DNA of 64,000 nt from Macrostomum hystrix (taxonomy: Eukaryota; Animalia; Platyhelminthes), in the NCBI GenBank assembly GCA_950097015.1, contig CATNEN010000038.1:3100001-3164000 (forward strand). The letters run 5' to 3'. This document shows, piece after piece, positions 59,956 to 64,000 of the stretch. The position numbers were made by a program, and so were the translations under genes. Position 1 is the first letter of the stretch; each line of letters starts with the position of its first letter. The notes beneath the pieces are model-generated. The model was not told where the DNA came from. It was given only the letters and a program-made list of their open reading frames with translations, and ran no database searches.

Positions 59956-62129
59956 ATGTCCATGAACCGCTACATGCACCCGCGGAATCGCTACCGCCGG
60001 GAGAAGCCCGACTTTGCCCAGCTGGCTCGCGATAACCCTGACTTCGCGGCCGCCTCCCAGTTAGACGATCGCGGCCGAGTTGTTGTGAACTTCAAACTGC
60101 CGCACCAGCTGGCCGCCCTAACACGGGCCCTGCTGCAGCGAGACTTTCAACTGAGCATTGAGATGCCGATGGATCGGCTGATCCCGACCTTGCCACTGCG
60201 GTTAAACTATCTGCACTGGCTGGAGGACATTCTGGGCGTTGCTGATGGTATGAGAGTGCGAGAGTGCAGGCTAATTCAGGGTGTGCTAATTGATGGGTAA
60301 AGGCTCAGGAAGTGGGTACATTAAGGCTTAGGGATGTTTGTACAGAGGGTTAGGGATGTATGTACATTCAGGTTTAGGAGTGTATGTACGATGAGCGTTA
60401 GGGATGTATGTAAATTGAGGTTAAGGGTGTGTGTGTGTAGTTTGGAATGCGGCTAGTTGTGTATTTCTGCCTTCATCCGCAGACTCTAGCAGCGCCCGTC
60501 GCGGCATCGACATCGGCACGGGCAGCTGTTGCATTTATCCTCTCCTAGCTGCGCGATGCCATCCCAACTGGAGCTTCCTGGCCACGGAGGTGGACAAGAG
60601 AAATGCCGCCTACGCTGAAGAAAATGTCAGACGCAACGGGCTTCAGGATCGGGTCACCGTGGCACTAGTGCCACCCGATGCGGGACCGTTGGAATTCCCA
60701 ATGAGTCGAGAGCCAACCGACCAACTGTTCGACTTCTGCATGTGCAATCCGCCATTCTTTGCCGACGCTGCGGAGGCTCAAGGACTGCTCAATTCTAGGT
60801 AGGATTGGCTTTTGGGGCTCGTGGTGTGCTCAAATCCTGGTTAGATATTGTGTTTAGGGTCACGTGGTGTGCTCAAATTCAGTACAGATTGTGTTTGGAG
60901 CTCAATGCTCAAGCTAGTTCCCGACCCTCCTACCGTCGCTCAGATCGGTTGACAGAGACCCGCCAATGTCGGCCAGTACAGCCGCCAGCGTCGAGAGCTT
61001 CTCCTCTGGCGGCGAGGTGATGTTTGTCACCCGCATCGCTCAGGAGTCCAGCCGACACCGCAGCCGATGTCGCATCTTCACCTCGATGCTGGGCAGGAAG
61101 CCGTCGTTGAAGCCGCTGAAGCGCCTTCTGGAACGTCTCGGCGTGACGAGCTACGGCACCTACGAGTTCTGCCAGGGTCGCGTGATGCGCTGGGGCATCG
61201 GCTGGACCTACCAGCCGGGCGTCAATTTTCCAATGTCCGAGTTCAAGCGTCGCAAGCTGCAGTCTCGGCCGCCGCTGACACTGCAGCTGCCGCAGAGATC
61301 AACTGGCGAGTCCGGGCAGCCTGATCCGGAATACAATCTGGAAATTGTTTACAGGTGGTGCAAGAGAACGCTCAAACGGCGCCTGCACATCGACTGCTGG
61401 GACCAGCTGGTTAAGCAGGGCGCCACTGGTCGCCGGATGCGAATCTCGGCCAAGGAGGTCACGTGGACGCGACAGCGGCAGCAGCGGCGTCATCCCTCTG
61501 CGGGTGCAGCCATCAGCGGCACCGCAAACACCAGTCAGAAAAGCGTCGATTTCGTCGCCGTCGGTGATCAAAGTTGCGGAGACGCAGTGAATAGTCCAGG
61601 TCATGAGGGCGAGGTCGCAGAAAAGGACGTCATTAATAGTCAAGATGAATTCACCGAATGTCAAGATGACGTCACTAAAGGTCAAGATGACGTCACTAAA
61701 GTTAAAGATGACGTCACTAAAGGTCAAAGAGCTACCGCTAAAAATCGCAAGCGAGACCAGCAGACTTCAGTTGTCAGCAGCGCTTTGTCACCGCCAGAGA
61801 AGCGGGCCCGACTTCAGCGTCGCAGTCGGAGTCCTCGCAAACAGGCGCCGGCGTCATCGACAGTGTCTAAGCAGAAGGAACCGCCTGCTGTGCTTGTTGC
61901 AAACTTGTCGCTTGACTACAACAATAGCGGCGTGCTGGAGCTGGAGCTCGGCTGGTTGGACGGCTCAGGACGGGAGGCCATGCACCAGCTGCTGCTGTGT
62001 CTGCGGAACCTGTACGCGGCCAATGAGGACGCCTCGTCGTCGTCTTCTGACGATGGCGACGATGATAAAGAAGCTCATACTAAGACAGAAAAAGCAAGTG
62101 ACAAGCTGGATGATTACGGAGCTGTCTAG
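59956..62129 (+). CDS. METTL16: RNA N6-adenosine methyltransferase METTL16 (U6 snRNA m6A), 3 exons
   Basis: Exons 59956-60247, 60483-60798, 60944-62129, in frame. MHPRNRY..KPDF..LA, RLIPTLPLRLNYLHWLED, GIDIGTGSCCIYPLL, FDFCMCNPPFF, GGEV.FV, FTSMLGRK, EFCQGR.MRW. Confidence 0.95.
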
Positions 62130-62952
62130 AAAAACTTTTGAATGTATTTCACGTATTTGTCACCTTGATAAAATAAAGGTCACTATTTTTACTACTTAAA
62201 GTAGAACGATATGTCTGCACTTTTGCTCCTTAAAATTTAAAAAGAGAAAAAAAAATTATTGCCTTATAGTCGTGCAATCGTTTTTATAATCGATTGTTTT
62301 CGTTTTGGCATTATAGCAAACAATCTGACACCTCCCTATAGACCTAAACAAAGTTCCTAAACTCATAGTTGCGTAAAGCTTTCTGGACCGCGCCACACCC
62401 ACCTCATTTTGACTCCCTGATTTAGTAAGTACATATTGAGTAGAACATAATAGGGACATGGTAGTGGCACAGCCTGCGTACGGTATCTGAGTGCGAGTGG
62501 GCGAAATAGCCTCCTCGCTAGCTACGGGTCTAGTTATCAAATGAGTTATCCAATTATACGAGTATAACAATTATTGTTATAGTAAAACAGAATAGTATTA
62601 TTAAAGTTTCCATCTGGTCTGCAAATTTTTTTTTCTAAAACTATCAACACAAAAACCTGATTCAGAGCTTTCCATTGCTCACTGCCAGCAATGTGGTGCT
62701 GCTACATGCAACTTTTGGCATCGGTTTATTTGACGCCTGATGTCAAATGGGTGTACAAATGGCAATCAAGCCGGACGCAGAATACATTGCAGATTTCAAA
62801 GACTAAAGACTAATATCAGTCCTAAAGTACTAAATTAACAAAAGGGAGAATTAATCGTGGTCAGAGCATATTGTGAACGTTAATATGGAGTGCACAATTC
62901 GTAACAATGAACTGGTTGGCAAGGAAATTCGGAGACTATTGGAGTCGCGTGA

Positions 62953-63753
62953 TTAGCCGCAGCTGCTGTGCGCCAGCATGGCGGCCTCGATGCGACAGAC
63001 CACCCGGTGCAGGTACCAGCCGAAGCCCACCTGCCACAGGCGGCATGGACTCAGTAGGAACACCGTCAGGTCGTAGGTGGCCAGCAGATAGTTGACTGAC
63101 AGCCACAGCTGCCACAGCAGCAGCGGGTAGATCCACATACGGCAATCTGTCAGGCGGGATAATCGACTAAAGCTAGCCGACGCTGGTTGCTTAGCAACCG
63201 GCCGGCCCAGCCGGTAGCAGAGCAGGGCCAACAGGGGCAAGTGGAAGGCGCACAGCTGAATGAATTCGCTGACGTAGATCAGACTCTCGGGCAGCCAGGT
63301 GCCACCGATGTACAGCCCACTGAGGAACATCACCCCGAAAGTGTCGTCAACAAAGTAGCCAAACATTAACGGACCTGTTGGGGGAAGAATACAACCCGGA
63401 ATCAATATTAGAATCCCATTGTAAATTAGTCAGAGCACTCAGACTCGAAATCCTCACTAAGCAGTCTGATCCTAAAATCCTCAACAAGCAGTCTGATCCC
63501 CAACTTCTCACCAAGCATTCTGATCCCCAACTTCTCACCAAGCAGTCTGATCCCAAAATCATGACCTAATCAACATAATCTAAACTTGTATCTTATCTAC
63601 AAGCTATATTTACTAGAAATGGGGTCTCACCGCATCCCATGTAGAGGAAGTACACTATCCAAGGATAGAACAGGCCGTCGCTGAGCACAAAGCGGTACAG
63701 CCCGCGGGTGATTTCCGGCTGAATCCAGTTGCACACCGACTGCACTAAGGAGT
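62953..63753 (-). CDS. TMEM62: 3' exons of a TMEM62-like multi-pass membrane protein (gene continues beyond the right edge)
   Basis: Exons 63753-63631 and 63374-62953; Y...GPLMFGYFVDDTFG..F..GLYIGG.WLP resembles the TMEM62 C-terminal region; hydrophobic helices. Confidence 0.65.
63450..63565. repeat. 30-bp repeat, ~4 copies, last TMEM62 intron
   Basis: AAGCAGTCTGATCCCCAACTTCTCACC-type units. Confidence 0.8.
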
Positions 63754-64000
63754 CTGTGGGGCGAGCAGAAGTACTTGCACTGTTAGCACTTTAGCTACTG
63801 AAAAACTGGAAACAATGAATAATTACAAACATCAGTCCTAGAGTACTCAAAATATTTGCCCTAAAATATACGGAAAAAAATTGCACTAAAATATACCGAA
63901 AATACCAGCCACAAGTAACAGAAATATCTGGCATTAATTACCGAAAATATCAACTCTAATTTACCGAAGATATAAACTCTAAATTATCGAAGACATAAAC

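Overview
Eukaryotic (metazoan) genomic DNA with GC-rich exons separated by introns full of minisatellites. This architecture suggests a free-living flatworm such as Macrostomum, but that is inference, not an identification. Minus strand (1-31.9 kb): seven closely spaced head-to-tail genes, in transcription order CARHSP1-like, RING/TRAF-Zn/WD40 (TRAF7-like), two TREX-family DEDDh exonucleases, NSUN2, AAMP/SQT1, and a coiled-coil gene running off the left edge. Middle: a young full-length Ty3/gypsy LTR retrotransposon with a disabled pol (32311-38844) and a degenerate LINE fragment. Plus strand: alpha-carbonic anhydrase, XYLB and METTL16, followed by a convergent TMEM62-like 3' end. About 30 distinct tandem arrays (roughly 24 kb by my estimate) sit almost only in introns, 3' UTRs and co-directional gene spacers. 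Two tRNA-derived SINE families are present. Most interesting: (i) both TREX genes lack a usable genomic start codon and begin at in-frame splice acceptors, as expected if a trans-spliced leader ending in AUG supplies the initiator within an operon; (ii) one minisatellite family brackets a frame-symmetric exon in inverted orientation; (iii) array origins are visible in the sequence (SINE tail, duplicated splice donor). All exon coordinates were derived by hand from GT-AG and reading-frame continuity.
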